Source: Candidatus Bathyarchaeota archaeon
Lineage (GTDB): Archaea; Thermoproteota; Bathyarchaeia; Bathyarchaeales; Bathycorpusculaceae
Assembly (NCBI GenBank): GCA_963782525.1
Contig: CAWAKC010000001.1
Span: 320,001-384,000 of the forward strand
DNA length: 64,000 nt
Direction: 5' to 3'
This document shows, piece after piece, positions 19,587 to 29,371 of this stretch. Made by a program: the position numbers and the translations under genes. The notes under the pieces are model-generated. The model did no database searches. It had not been told where the DNA came from and worked only from the letters and a program-made list of their open reading frames with translations. Position 1 is the first letter of the stretch. Every line of letters begins with the position of its first letter.

Positions 19587-21089
19587 TTACCGTCCTAACA
19601 GTTTTGAAACGTCTTCTGAAGTAACTATGCCCAGCACTTTTCGTTCAATATCAATTACGGGCAATGCTGAAATGTTGTTTTGGGCCATGCGTTTAGAAGC
19701 AATCTCCAGCGGCTCGTCTGATTTGGCTGTTACGACGTTGTGTGATTCTATGTCAGCTAATGCTGTTTTGCCTTCAGCCATAGCGCGAGTAACATCCCAG
19801 GATGTGACGATTCCAAGCAGTTTGCCTGTTTCATCCACTACAACTATATGGTTGACCGATTTGGTTACGATGCGTTTTGCAATAGCTTGGATTTCTTCGT
19901 CTTCAGTGCAGGTGACTGCTGGATGCATGACGTTGTAGACAAAGGGAATTTCCTCGGTTTGCCTCATGGGCTTGAAAACCGTATTTGTCGTCAAACGCTC
20001 CACAGGTGCGGATAGAAAAAAGGTGCCTTCATCAATCCATTCCTTGAGCCTTTGGGAGACCTTCTTTGCCATCTTTATACTTGACAGCGAGCTTACACGG
20101 ACTTTTTTGCCGTTAACGGTTATGGAGCCCGATTTTAGTTCTTTGTAGCTTACCTGACCAAACTTGGGGCGGTCGCGTCGTGGCACACTATAATCAACTA
20201 TGTCGGTTAGGATTTCGCTGTCTCGGATGGCAGTTTTTTTGGCTAAACCTTCGTTGAGGATTGGAATTGGAACTCCCAAGCCCACGTACATTGATGTGCC
20301 ATACCCTGTAAAGGCGGCGCCCTGCAAAAATTCAGGCGACATCTTTTTGGCATCGCCCTTAACCATGAGGGTTCCGTTGAGGTTTTTGGGGCTATGCTGA
20401 GTGCCTTCGCCGATGATGTAGCCTTGTCCGCCGCCGAGAAAGATACGGGTTCCCATGCCCATCGTCTCGTAATTTGGGTCGTTCATGAGCGGATTGAGTT
20501 CTCCCGCACCTGAGAACGTGGCGTTTCGGAATCTAGGCAGAAGTTTACTCATGTAAGTATAGATGGTTTCATCGCTGCTGTTCACGGCGCAGTTGTAGCG
20601 TTGGTAGCAGTTACGGAAATTGAGGAGGATAAACTGGTTTAAATCGTCCTTTGTCAGAGATGTTTTAAGCGAAGTTCTCGGATAACAATCAGTCCCGAAC
20701 GAGGTGGCTCGCAGTTCAACTTCTTTTCCAGCCACTAAGTCTTGGATGACGTGTCCGCCGCCGTACTCGAACTTCTGCTTTTCCGACATGTTTGTAGCGC
20801 CGATAAATAGGTCCACCGCTGCTCCTGGATGACAAACTTCAACGTCGTTCATCCAAGCATGGTCGATTTTTATCGGTGGGTCAGAATGGCCAAGGTTAAC
20901 CACTGCGCCGGATGAACACATTGCTCCAAAAGTGCCCGTTGTAACAACATCTACTTCTTTGAAGGCAACCTCAACACCGCTGCTTTCAACCAACTTCTTC
21001 ATTTCCTCTGCAGTTAAAACTTGAGCATCGCCCTTGCGGATTTTCTCATTAATTTCTTCTACTGTCCGAGTCTTTGCTTGGTTAGACAA
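19587..21089 (-). CDS. L-aspartate semialdehyde sulfurtransferase (DUF39 plus CBS pair)
   Basis: RTVEEINEKI, DVVTTGTFGAMCSSGA, GTDCYPR, C-terminal CBS domains. Confidence 0.9.
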   Translation of the reverse strand: MSNQAKTRTVEEINEKIRKGDAQVLTAEEMKKLVESSGVEVAFKEVDVVTTGTFGAMCSSGAVVNLGHSDPPIKIDHAWMNDVEVCHPGAAVDLFIGATNMSEKQKFEYGGGHVIQDLVAGKEVELRATSFGTDCYPRTSLKTSLTKDDLNQFILLNFRNCYQRYNCAVNSSDETIYTYMSKLLPRFRNATFSGAGELNPLMNDPNYETMGMGTRIFLGGGQGYIIGEGTQHSPKNLNGTLMVKGDAKKMSPEFLQGAAFTGYGTSMYVGLGVPIPILNEGLAKKTAIRDSEILTDIVDYSVPRRDRPKFGQVSYKELKSGSITVNGKKVRVSSLSSIKMAKKVSQRLKEWIDEGTFFLSAPVERLTTNTVFKPMRQTEEIPFVYNVMHPAVTCTEDEEIQAIAKRIVTKSVNHIVVVDETGKLLGIVTSWDVTRAMAEGKTALADIESHNVVTAKSDEPLEIASKRMAQNNISALPVIDIERKVLGIVTSEDVSKLLGR

Positions 21090-21378
21090 AGTAGCTTACC
21101 TTAATGCCAATCGAAAAGGTGGCGCGTGAATATATTTTTTGCGTAAAAACTCGATACATGCAGCCTGTTTTTTGAACCTCAACTGAGATGGGCGCATTTG
21201 GATCTAATATCCAATCTTGCTATTCACCTAAAGAGCGGTGATAGGCGGGTGATCATATTCAGAGCCTAATAGAGGTTCTATCTGAAACCTATAAATGGCA
21301 GGCAAAAATCCCTAAGAAGGATAAGCCGCTATTGGCGTTATAAGCTTTCAATAATATTTTGAAGATAAGTGAAAGTGG

Positions 21379-24300
21379 TTACCAATGCTTCCAGGGTAAG
21401 TCGTCCATGTACTCGTTTAGGCTGCGTATGCTGTTGCCGTTTTTGCCCTTCGTTTTTAGGACCTCGACGAGTGCGGCTGCGAGTTGTAGGTTGGTGATAA
21501 CGGGTATATTGAATTCTACTGCTTGGCGTCGGATTACGTAGCCGTCGGTTAAGATTTCTGAGAAGCTTGAGCGTCGATTCGCCATGGGCACGTTGATGAC
21601 CAAGTCGATCTTGCGTTCCTGCAAGTAATCCATGATGTTTGGGCTCACTTGTGCGTCTTTGACTTTGTAGAGTACAGTGGCGAATACGCCGTTTGCATTG
21701 AGTACGTCGGCTGTGTGTTGGGTTGCATATATTTTGAAGCCCATTTCCGCAAGCGATTTGGCAATTGGCACAACGCGAGCTTTTCTTGCTCCGTCGCCAC
21801 CAACGCTTATGAAGACTTTGCCATCTTTGGGTGGAATGGTGAATTCGGCAGATTGCAATGCCTTGCTGAAAGCATCAGAGAAGTTTTCGCCTAAGCATGC
21901 CACCTCGCCTGTGCTGAGCATCTCAACTCCGAGAACTGGGTCGGCGCCGCTTAAACGCATGAAGCTAAACTGTGGAACCTTGACACCCACGTGAGGTGCA
22001 ACCCGCATTGGCGAGAGTTTGACGCCGTCGATTTTTTTCCCCAGCATTGCCAAAGTAGCCAGCTCAATCATGTTTATTCCTCGTGTCTTGCTAACAAACG
22101 GCATAGACCGAGAAGCTCTCAGGTTACATTCGATGACGTTTACAACGTCGTCTTTGACAAGGTACTGGATGTTGTAGGGTCCATGAATCTGAAGGGCTTT
22201 TACTATACTTTGGGTGCATTCTTCGATTTTCTTTTGAACCTCAACCTTCAGCGCCTGGGGCGGAATAGTCATTGTTGCGTCGCCGCTGTGGACACCCGCA
22301 TTTTCGACGTGTTCCATTATAGCTCCGATAAACACGTTTTCGCCGTCGGAGACGCCATCGACTTCGACTTCTTTGGCTTGGGTAATGAATTTACTGATAA
22401 CGACTGGGTGGTCGCGTGAAACTTTAGCGGCTAAGTTTAGGAAGTTCTCAAGCGAAGTTTCGTTGTAGGCAACACGCATCGCTGAACCAGATAAGACATA
22501 ACTTGGACGCACAAGAACTGGGTAACCTATTTTCTGAGCAAACCGCTTCGCATCTTCAATAGAGAGGAGTTTGCTCCAACTCGGCTGGCAAATCTCCAGC
22601 TGATCCAGAAGCGCACTAAATTTTGAGCGGTCTTCCGCCAAATCAACATTCTCCGCCGAAGTTCCCAGAAGTTTTACTCCCGCTTTGGAGAGAGCCATGG
22701 ATAGGTTGTTTGGGATTTGTCCACCGACGCTTGTTATAACGCCTAATGGGTTTTCTTTTTCGTAGATGTCAAGGATGCGTTCGATGGTTAGTTCTTCGAA
22801 GTAGAGTTTGTCGGAGACGTCGTAGTCTGTGGAGACGGTTTCGGGATTGTAGTTGACCATGATGGCTTCTTTTATGCCGTTCTTCTTTAGCGCCCAAATC
22901 GTGTTGACACCGCACCAGTCGAATTCCACGCTTGAACCGATCCGGAAGACGCCTGCGCCAAGTACGATGACTTTGCTTGGTGTGGTGGAGAGTTCTATGT
23001 CGTCTTCGTCTCCACCGTAGGTAAGATAGAGGTAGTTGGTTTTGGCTGGCCACTCAGCTGCAAGAGTGTCGATTTGTTTGATAGCTGGGATGATGTTAGC
23101 GTTTTTTCTAAATGCTCTGATTGTGAATTCGTCAGTTTTTTGGCACTCGGCAATTTGTTCATCAGAGAATCCTATGCGCTTGGCTTCGCGGATAGTTTCT
23201 GTTGCTGAGGCTTCTGCAAGGTTCAGTTTGCGCAGTTGGGCTTCCATGTTGATGATGTTTTGGATTTTGTAGAGGAAGAAGGGGTCAACGCCGCTTAAGC
23301 GATAGATTTCCATAATAGGTATGCCCATTTTGAGGGCTTTAACAAGCTTGTAGAGACGCTCGTCAGTTGGGTTTGCTATTTCATCTCTTATTCGTTCTTC
23401 AGATTCGACTTCGATGTCTTCGGGGTTGCAAACTAAGCCAATCTTGCCCGTATCCAACATGCGAACTGCTTTTTGGAGAGCCTCTTCAAAGCAGCGACCA
23501 ATCGCCATGACTTCACCCACAGAACGCATCTGTGGACCGATGTGACGGTCGGCGTTCTTGAATTTCTGGAGGTCCCAGCGCGGGATTTTGACGGTTATGT
23601 AGTCGAGGGCTGGTTCAAAGCAGGCGGTTGTGACTTCGGTGACTTTGTTGATAAGTTCAGGCAGAGTATAGCCTAAAGTAAGTTTTGTCGCGATGTATGC
23701 AAGGGGATAACCCGTGACTTTGCTTGCGAGCGCTGAGCTTCTGGACATGCGTGAGTTAACTTCGATGACACGGCATTCTTCGGATTTAGTGTTAAGTGCC
23801 CATTGGATGTTGCATTCACCGACAATGCCGAGGTGGCGGATAGCGTTAATAGAGATTGAGCGAATGAGGTGGTATTCGCGGTTGGTCATGGTTTGCGACG
23901 GCGCAACCACGATGCTGTCGCCAGTGTGGACACCCATGGGGTCAAAGTTTTCCATGTTGCATACGGTTAAGCAGTTGTCAGCGTAGTCACGCATGACTTC
24001 GTATTCGACTTCTTTCCAATGCCCTACATACTCTTCGATTAGGATTTGTCCGATCCTGCTCTGAGCGATACCGCGTGTTGCATGCTCTTTCAGTTCTGCA
24101 GGGTTATGGGCTACGCCTGAGCCTTTGCCGCCTAAAGTGAAAGCAACACGAATGATGACGGGGTAGCCGATTTCCTCGGCAATTTCTAAGGCACCTTTCA
24201 CGCTGATGGTTGATTTGCTCTTAAGAGGGGGCACCCCTGCTTCGAGCATGGATTGGCGGAAACGTTCCCTGTCACCAGTGTCCTCGATGGCTTTGACTGG

Positions 24301-24654
24301 TGTTCCCAAAACTTTAACGTTGTATTTTTGGAGAATACCTCTTTTTTCAAGTTCTAATCCGCAGTTAAGGGCTGTTTGTCCTCCGAACCCCAACAGGATG
24401 CCGTCTGGGCGTTCTTTTTCGATAACTTTTTCGACGTATTCGGGGGTAACAGGTAAAAGGTAGACTTTGCCTGAGAGGCGTGGGTCAGTTTGGATAGTTG
24501 CTATGTTGGGGTTAATGAGAACAGTTTCGATGCATTCTTCCCTCAGTGCTTTGAGGCATTGGCTACCGCTGTAGTCGAATTCGGCGGCTTCACCGATTTT
24601 AATGGCGCCGCTACCCAAAACCAGAACTTTCTTTATCCAATCAAACTTGGGCAT
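21379..24654 (-). CDS. carB: Carbamoyl-phosphate synthase large subunit
   Basis: GSGAIKIGEAAEFDYSG, duplicated ATP-grasp domains, MGS domain. Confidence 0.97.
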   Translation of the reverse strand: MPKFDWIKKVLVLGSGAIKIGEAAEFDYSGSQCLKALREECIETVLINPNIATIQTDPRLSGKVYLLPVTPEYVEKVIEKERPDGILLGFGGQTALNCGLELEKRGILQKYNVKVLGTPVKAIEDTGDRERFRQSMLEAGVPPLKSKSTISVKGALEIAEEIGYPVIIRVAFTLGGKGSGVAHNPAELKEHATRGIAQSRIGQILIEEYVGHWKEVEYEVMRDYADNCLTVCNMENFDPMGVHTGDSIVVAPSQTMTNREYHLIRSISINAIRHLGIVGECNIQWALNTKSEECRVIEVNSRMSRSSALASKVTGYPLAYIATKLTLGYTLPELINKVTEVTTACFEPALDYITVKIPRWDLQKFKNADRHIGPQMRSVGEVMAIGRCFEEALQKAVRMLDTGKIGLVCNPEDIEVESEERIRDEIANPTDERLYKLVKALKMGIPIMEIYRLSGVDPFFLYKIQNIINMEAQLRKLNLAEASATETIREAKRIGFSDEQIAECQKTDEFTIRAFRKNANIIPAIKQIDTLAAEWPAKTNYLYLTYGGDEDDIELSTTPSKVIVLGAGVFRIGSSVEFDWCGVNTIWALKKNGIKEAIMVNYNPETVSTDYDVSDKLYFEELTIERILDIYEKENPLGVITSVGGQIPNNLSMALSKAGVKLLGTSAENVDLAEDRSKFSALLDQLEICQPSWSKLLSIEDAKRFAQKIGYPVLVRPSYVLSGSAMRVAYNETSLENFLNLAAKVSRDHPVVISKFITQAKEVEVDGVSDGENVFIGAIMEHVENAGVHSGDATMTIPPQALKVEVQKKIEECTQSIVKALQIHGPYNIQYLVKDDVVNVIECNLRASRSMPFVSKTRGINMIELATLAMLGKKIDGVKLSPMRVAPHVGVKVPQFSFMRLSGADPVLGVEMLSTGEVACLGENFSDAFSKALQSAEFTIPPKDGKVFISVGGDGARKARVVPIAKSLAEMGFKIYATQHTADVLNANGVFATVLYKVKDAQVSPNIMDYLQERKIDLVINVPMANRRSSFSEILTDGYVIRRQAVEFNIPVITNLQLAAALVEVLKTKGKNGNSIRSLNEYMDDLPWKHW

Positions 24655-25812
24655 CTACTTAACCTCCAAGGTTTTGGCGAATTTGTCAAACAATAGTTCA
24701 GTGTCGTATGGTCCTGGTGAAGCTTCAGGGTGCCATTGCACAGCGAAAACTGGCTTGTTTTTATGTTTAACACCCTCTGTGGTTTTGTCGTTGGGGTTGA
24801 TGAACCATGGTTCAAGCGGTGTTTTGTTGAGTGACTCCATATTTATTGCGTACCCGTGATTCTGTGTCGTAATATAGCATCGATTGTTGAACATGTCAAG
24901 TGCAGGTTGATTTTGTGCGCGGTGACCAAATTTTAGCTTGTAAGTGTCTCCGCCTAACGCTAAGGTGAGAATTTGTGCCCCAAGACAAATACCCATGAGT
25001 GGAAGCTTCTCAGATAACTCTCGGATGGCTTCGATTGTTTTGGTGCATTTCTTGGGGTCTCCCGGACCGTTGCTTAGGAACACGCCGTCGGGGTTGTAGG
25101 AGAGGATTTCGCTAGCTGAAGTGTCATAGGGGACTCGGGTTACGTTGATGCCTCGTTTGAGCAAGTTGCGGATGATGCTGTATTTAACGCCGCAGTCGAT
25201 TAGGACAACACTCTTTTTGGCGCCTTCAACGGTGTATTTGCAGGGCTTCTTCACTGACACTTCTTTAACTAGGTCGGTTTGGTTGGGGTCGGCGATGTTT
25301 TTGCCGTTCTTCAGGATTAAGTCTAAGTGGGGTTCTTCGCCTGCTTCAAAAACCTGAATGATACCCAGCATGACTCCATGGGTTCGAAGTTTCTTGGTTA
25401 AGCGTCTTGTGTCTATGCCGTATATGCCTGGGACACCTTCGTCTGCGAGCCATTTATCGAGGGTCCGTGTGGATGCCCAATGGAACGGCTCAAGACAGAG
25501 CTCATGAATAACTAAGCCTTGAACTTGGATGTGGTCTGACTCGAAGTAAAGCGGAAGTCCGAGGTTTTGTTCGTTGGATGGAACGCCGTAGTTCCCTACA
25601 AGCGGATAAGTGAAAGTTAAAATCTGCCCCTTATATGACGGATCCGTTAGTGCTTCGGGGTAACCAACCATCTGGGTCGAAAAAACAACTTCCCCAGAGA
25701 TTTTTCCGGTTGCGCCAAAACCTTTACCGATAAAGGACGTTCCGTCTTCAAGAAGCAGTATCGCTTTTTTATTTTTGGATGTACTATTTTGTGGGACCAA
25801 AGCCCTATTCAA
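24655..25812 (-). CDS. carA: Carbamoyl-phosphate synthase small subunit
   Basis: LEDG, TDPSYKGQ, SNGPGDP, GICLG, QWHPE; start moved to the TTG just after the argH stop. Confidence 0.95.
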   Translation of the reverse strand: MNRALVPQNSTSKNKKAILLLEDGTSFIGKGFGATGKISGEVVFSTQMVGYPEALTDPSYKGQILTFTYPLVGNYGVPSNEQNLGLPLYFESDHIQVQGLVIHELCLEPFHWASTRTLDKWLADEGVPGIYGIDTRRLTKKLRTHGVMLGIIQVFEAGEEPHLDLILKNGKNIADPNQTDLVKEVSVKKPCKYTVEGAKKSVVLIDCGVKYSIIRNLLKRGINVTRVPYDTSASEILSYNPDGVFLSNGPGDPKKCTKTIEAIRELSEKLPLMGICLGAQILTLALGGDTYKLKFGHRAQNQPALDMFNNRCYITTQNHGYAINMESLNKTPLEPWFINPNDKTTEGVKHKNKPVFAVQWHPEASPGPYDTELLFDKFAKTLEVK

Positions 25813-25813
25813 C

Positions 25814-27316
25814 CTATAACTTTGAATTTTTAAGTCTTGCGTTTTTGGAAGAATCTGATTGTGAATATAATTGCGTGATCGAGTTGAGGCTGTTTTCTGT
25901 GTTAGCAAGTTTTTCTTTGAGTTTAGCGATGTTTGCTTTTGTATGTGTCAGGGTTTTGTTTGTGAATGAGATTGCTTTTTCGACCTCTGCGGGTGATGGA
26001 CCGCCTTGTACTTTATAGGTTTCGATTAGTTTGCGGGGATTTGTGCATTCAAGTATGTCTGCTTTTTTGATAGTTAATTTTATTCCTGCGCTTTCCTGAG
26101 CTACTTTCTGGAGCATTTCAGGGGTCGCATCTAGTAAAGTCTGTTTTGAATCAATAAGTCCCTTAACTAAAGCGCCGATTATTTTGTGGGACGTCCGGAA
26201 AGCAACATTGTACTTGCGTACAAGCATGTTGGCGAGTTCGGTTGCGCCCACGAAGCCTGCTGCAGCTTTGCCTTCTACGTTTGAGGAAACTTTAACGTTA
26301 GGAATAAGTTGTGTGAATATGTTCAGGGAAGCTTTGAGGTTGTCGGTTGATGCCCAAAGTTTCGGCGTTATCTCTTGAAAATCAAGGTTGTAAGTGGTCG
26401 GCAAACTTTTTAGAGCTGCGGCTGAAGCAACAAAATCGCCCAACGCATAGCTGGCTCTTGCACGGATAACTTCGAGGACTTCAGGGTTCTTTTTCTGAGG
26501 CATGATGCTACTGGTTGAGGTGAATTCGTCAGGTAACTCAACCGTCCCAAACGCGGGTGAGCTCCAAATTATCAGGTCCTCAGCTAACCGGCTTAAGTTC
26601 ACCGCAAGCAAAGTTAATGCAGATTGAGTTTCGATGATGAAGTCTCTGCTGCCCACTGCGTCAATCGAATTCTCCAAAACTGCATCGAAGCCTAAGAGTT
26701 CTGCAGTTAATTTGCGATTGATGGGGAAGCTTGTTGTTGCGAGTGCTCCAGCGCCCAAAGGACACAAATTGACCCGCTCGTAAACAGATTGTAATCTTTG
26801 TAGATCTCGTCCTAACCCGTTTACGTGGGAAAGGAGGTAGTGGGCGAAGGTGACTGGTTGGGCTGGTTGCAGATGAGTGTAGGCTAAGATGACTGTTTCA
26901 GTGTGTTTACTCGCTGTTGCCAGGAGGCTTTCCTGCATGTCGAGCACTTGATTCATGATGCCGAGCAACTCTTTGCGCAACGCCATACGGATAGCAGTTG
27001 TAACTTGGTCGTTTCTGCTCTTGGCAATATGCAGATTTCCGCCAACCTCTGGACCCGCCTCGGCTAGAACCGCTTCTTCTACTGCCATGTGGACGTCTTC
27101 AGCGTTGGGGTCAATTTTTTGGCTGTCTATTTTTTGGAGGGCGGAGAGGATTTTTGCGCCATCTTGCCACTGGATGATTTTTTGCTCCATGAGCATGACA
27201 ACGTGGGCTTTGTTGATGGCTAAAACAGCATCAGCTAAGCGAGTATCATCTTTGCGTGAGGAACAGAATTTGGCGACGTCTTCTCTTACATCGACCAATC
27301 TTCCTCCATGCAGCAT
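25814..27316 (-). CDS. argH: Argininosuccinate lyase
   Basis: SRNDQV, YTHLQPAQP, SSIMPQKKNP. Confidence 0.96.
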   Translation of the reverse strand: MLHGGRLVDVREDVAKFCSSRKDDTRLADAVLAINKAHVVMLMEQKIIQWQDGAKILSALQKIDSQKIDPNAEDVHMAVEEAVLAEAGPEVGGNLHIAKSRNDQVTTAIRMALRKELLGIMNQVLDMQESLLATASKHTETVILAYTHLQPAQPVTFAHYLLSHVNGLGRDLQRLQSVYERVNLCPLGAGALATTSFPINRKLTAELLGFDAVLENSIDAVGSRDFIIETQSALTLLAVNLSRLAEDLIIWSSPAFGTVELPDEFTSTSSIMPQKKNPEVLEVIRARASYALGDFVASAAALKSLPTTYNLDFQEITPKLWASTDNLKASLNIFTQLIPNVKVSSNVEGKAAAGFVGATELANMLVRKYNVAFRTSHKIIGALVKGLIDSKQTLLDATPEMLQKVAQESAGIKLTIKKADILECTNPRKLIETYKVQGGPSPAEVEKAISFTNKTLTHTKANIAKLKEKLANTENSLNSITQLYSQSDSSKNARLKNSKL

Positions 27317-27351
27317 CTTTGACGTTTTCCATGCCCCCGATAGTTATTTGA

Positions 27352-28578
27352 TTAAGAAAAGTTAGGTTTTCTTTGCCTTGGTTTTTTGCTCGCCTTCTTG
27401 AGCGAGTTGTACATTCTTGTCTGCAAACCCCAGAGTTCGATGAAGCCTTTGCTGTAGGATTGGTTGAAGCTGGTTTTGATGTTGTAGTTAGCGAGGTTCT
27501 TGTCGTATAGCGAATTTGGGGAACTGCGTCCGATGACTAAGAGACCGCCTTTGTAGAGTTTCAGTTTTACCTCTCCTGTGACGTTTTCTTGTGAGTGGTT
27601 GATGTAGGCGTCTAAGTCGTCTTTTAAGGGGTCAACCCATAGCCCTGCGTATGCAAGGAATACCCATTGGGAGTCGATTTGCTGTTTGAAGAGGACTTGG
27701 TGACGGGTCATGACCATTTTTTCGAGGTCTTTGTGGGCTTCCAAGATGACGGTGGCTGCGGGGCACTCGTAGACTTCGCGTGATTTCAACCCTACGATGC
27801 GGTCCTCGATGTGATCTATGCGGCCTACACCGTTTCGGCCAGCAATATTGTTAACTTCCTCTATGAGCGCAAGAGGAGCCATTTGTTTACCGTTAACCGC
27901 AACTGGCACACCAGCCTCAAAGGTGATGGTTACGATTTCTGGTTTATCAGGCGCCTTTTCCGGGGCAACAGTCCATTCGTAAGCGTCGTCTGGCGGCGCC
28001 TGACTGGCATCTTCAAGCAATCCACATTCGATGGCTCGCCCCCAAACGCTTGAGTCTATGCTGTATTTTTTAGCCGAGTCCGAGACGGGGATGCCTTTGG
28101 TTTTGGCATAAGCAATTTCTTCCTCGCGCGTTAAGCCCCATTCACGAACTGGAGCTATGATTTGTTTTTCTGGTGCTAGGGCGCCTAAGGTTATGTCAAA
28201 ACGAACTTGATCGTTCCCTCTGCCCGTGCAACCGTGAACTAAACCGGTGGCGCCTTCTTTTTCGGCGATTTCAACCATTTTCTTGGCGATTAAGGGTCGG
28301 GAGAGGCTTGTGCTGATGGGGTATTTGCCTTCGTAGAGGGCGTTTGCTTTTATGGCTGGGAAAATGTAGTCTTTGACGAATTCTTCTTTGGCGTCTATTG
28401 AAAAGTGTTTGATGGCGCCGAGTTTTTTGGCTTTTTCCTCAGCTGCTTTGAGGTCTTCGCCTTGACCAACGTCTACGGTTACTGTAATGACTTGTGCTTG
28501 ACATTTTTCTTGGAGGTACTTGATTAACACGGATGTGTCTAATCCGCCTGAATAAGCTAATACAAATTTATCGGCTAT
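27352..28578 (-). CDS. argG: Argininosuccinate synthase (apparent ATA start)
   Basis: In-frame upstream extension ADKFVLAYSGGLDTS; HGCTGRGNDQVRF; KSREVYE. Confidence 0.95.
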   Translation of the reverse strand: MADKFVLAYSGGLDTSVLIKYLQEKCQAQVITVTVDVGQGEDLKAAEEKAKKLGAIKHFSIDAKEEFVKDYIFPAIKANALYEGKYPISTSLSRPLIAKKMVEIAEKEGATGLVHGCTGRGNDQVRFDITLGALAPEKQIIAPVREWGLTREEEIAYAKTKGIPVSDSAKKYSIDSSVWGRAIECGLLEDASQAPPDDAYEWTVAPEKAPDKPEIVTITFEAGVPVAVNGKQMAPLALIEEVNNIAGRNGVGRIDHIEDRIVGLKSREVYECPAATVILEAHKDLEKMVMTRHQVLFKQQIDSQWVFLAYAGLWVDPLKDDLDAYINHSQENVTGEVKLKLYKGGLLVIGRSSPNSLYDKNLANYNIKTSFNQSYSKGFIELWGLQTRMYNSLKKASKKPRQRKPNFS

Positions 28579-28705
28579 GTGTTTGATCCCCCATTTTTTA
28601 TTTTAAATTGTTTCCCTAACCTTAAGCGCTGTATTTTTAAACCTTGCGACTTTTTTGTTACTTAACAAGCTTTAAATGTCCCATTTGATACATTCAGAGA
28701 ACACT

Positions 28706-29284
28706 ATGACAGTAGCTCAAAACGTGAGAAGCCACCTGCGAAACAAACCCTACCTACTTGAAGCTCTAGAGAAAGGCATAGTCAACCTAAGCGAGCTCTC
28801 ACGGCAAATCCAAAAAGAACTCAAAACCGACGACACAAGCGCCATCAAAGCTGCCCTACGCCGCTACTCTGAGGAACTTCAAAAGCACAAGCAGAAAAGA
28901 GAAGAAAAAGTGCTAGCACTCCTCAAACGCAGCAACATAGCCGTCTATGACCGCAAATCAGTTATGATAACGGGCAAAGAATTGCCCTCCCAAACGGGCA
29001 TGAAAGTAGATTTACTTGGTAAATTCGTCTACTTACTCGACAAAGCAGATATGCCCGAAAGAATATCAACCCTCGTCAAGCACGACAACTGCACTATGAT
29101 TGTAGTTCACTCACCAGAAGAACTCGAAGCCACTCCGGGAGTTGTCGCTTTTCTTGCCACCTTGCTGGCAGAACAAAACGTGAACATCGTTGAGTTCATT
29201 TCGTGCTGGACAGAAACAATCATGGTAGTTGAAAAGAAGGACAGCCTCAAAACCTACGAAGTTCTATCGAACTTAGTAGGTTAA
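28706..29284 (+). CDS. ACT-domain protein, putative amino-acid-responsive regulator
   Basis: N-terminal helical 'GIVNLSELSRQI' and C-terminal ACT 'TPGVVAF...NVNIVEFISCWTE'. Confidence 0.8.
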   Translation: MTVAQNVRSHLRNKPYLLEALEKGIVNLSELSRQIQKELKTDDTSAIKAALRRYSEELQKHKQKREEKVLALLKRSNIAVYDRKSVMITGKELPSQTGMKVDLLGKFVYLLDKADMPERISTLVKHDNCTMIVVHSPEELEATPGVVAFLATLLAEQNVNIVEFISCWTETIMVVEKKDSLKTYEVLSNLVG

Positions 29285-29371
29285 TCAGAAATTCCTGAGC
29301 AGATAAATTAATAATGTAACAGTCAGTATTCCGTGTTAAACTGAAAGTACTTGCTAATTGGAGAAGCAAAG

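Noticed and set aside
25813-25908. Long N-terminal extension of CarA overlapping argH
   Set aside because: Artefact of taking the first start codon; a TTG directly after the argH stop gives a normal-length protein.
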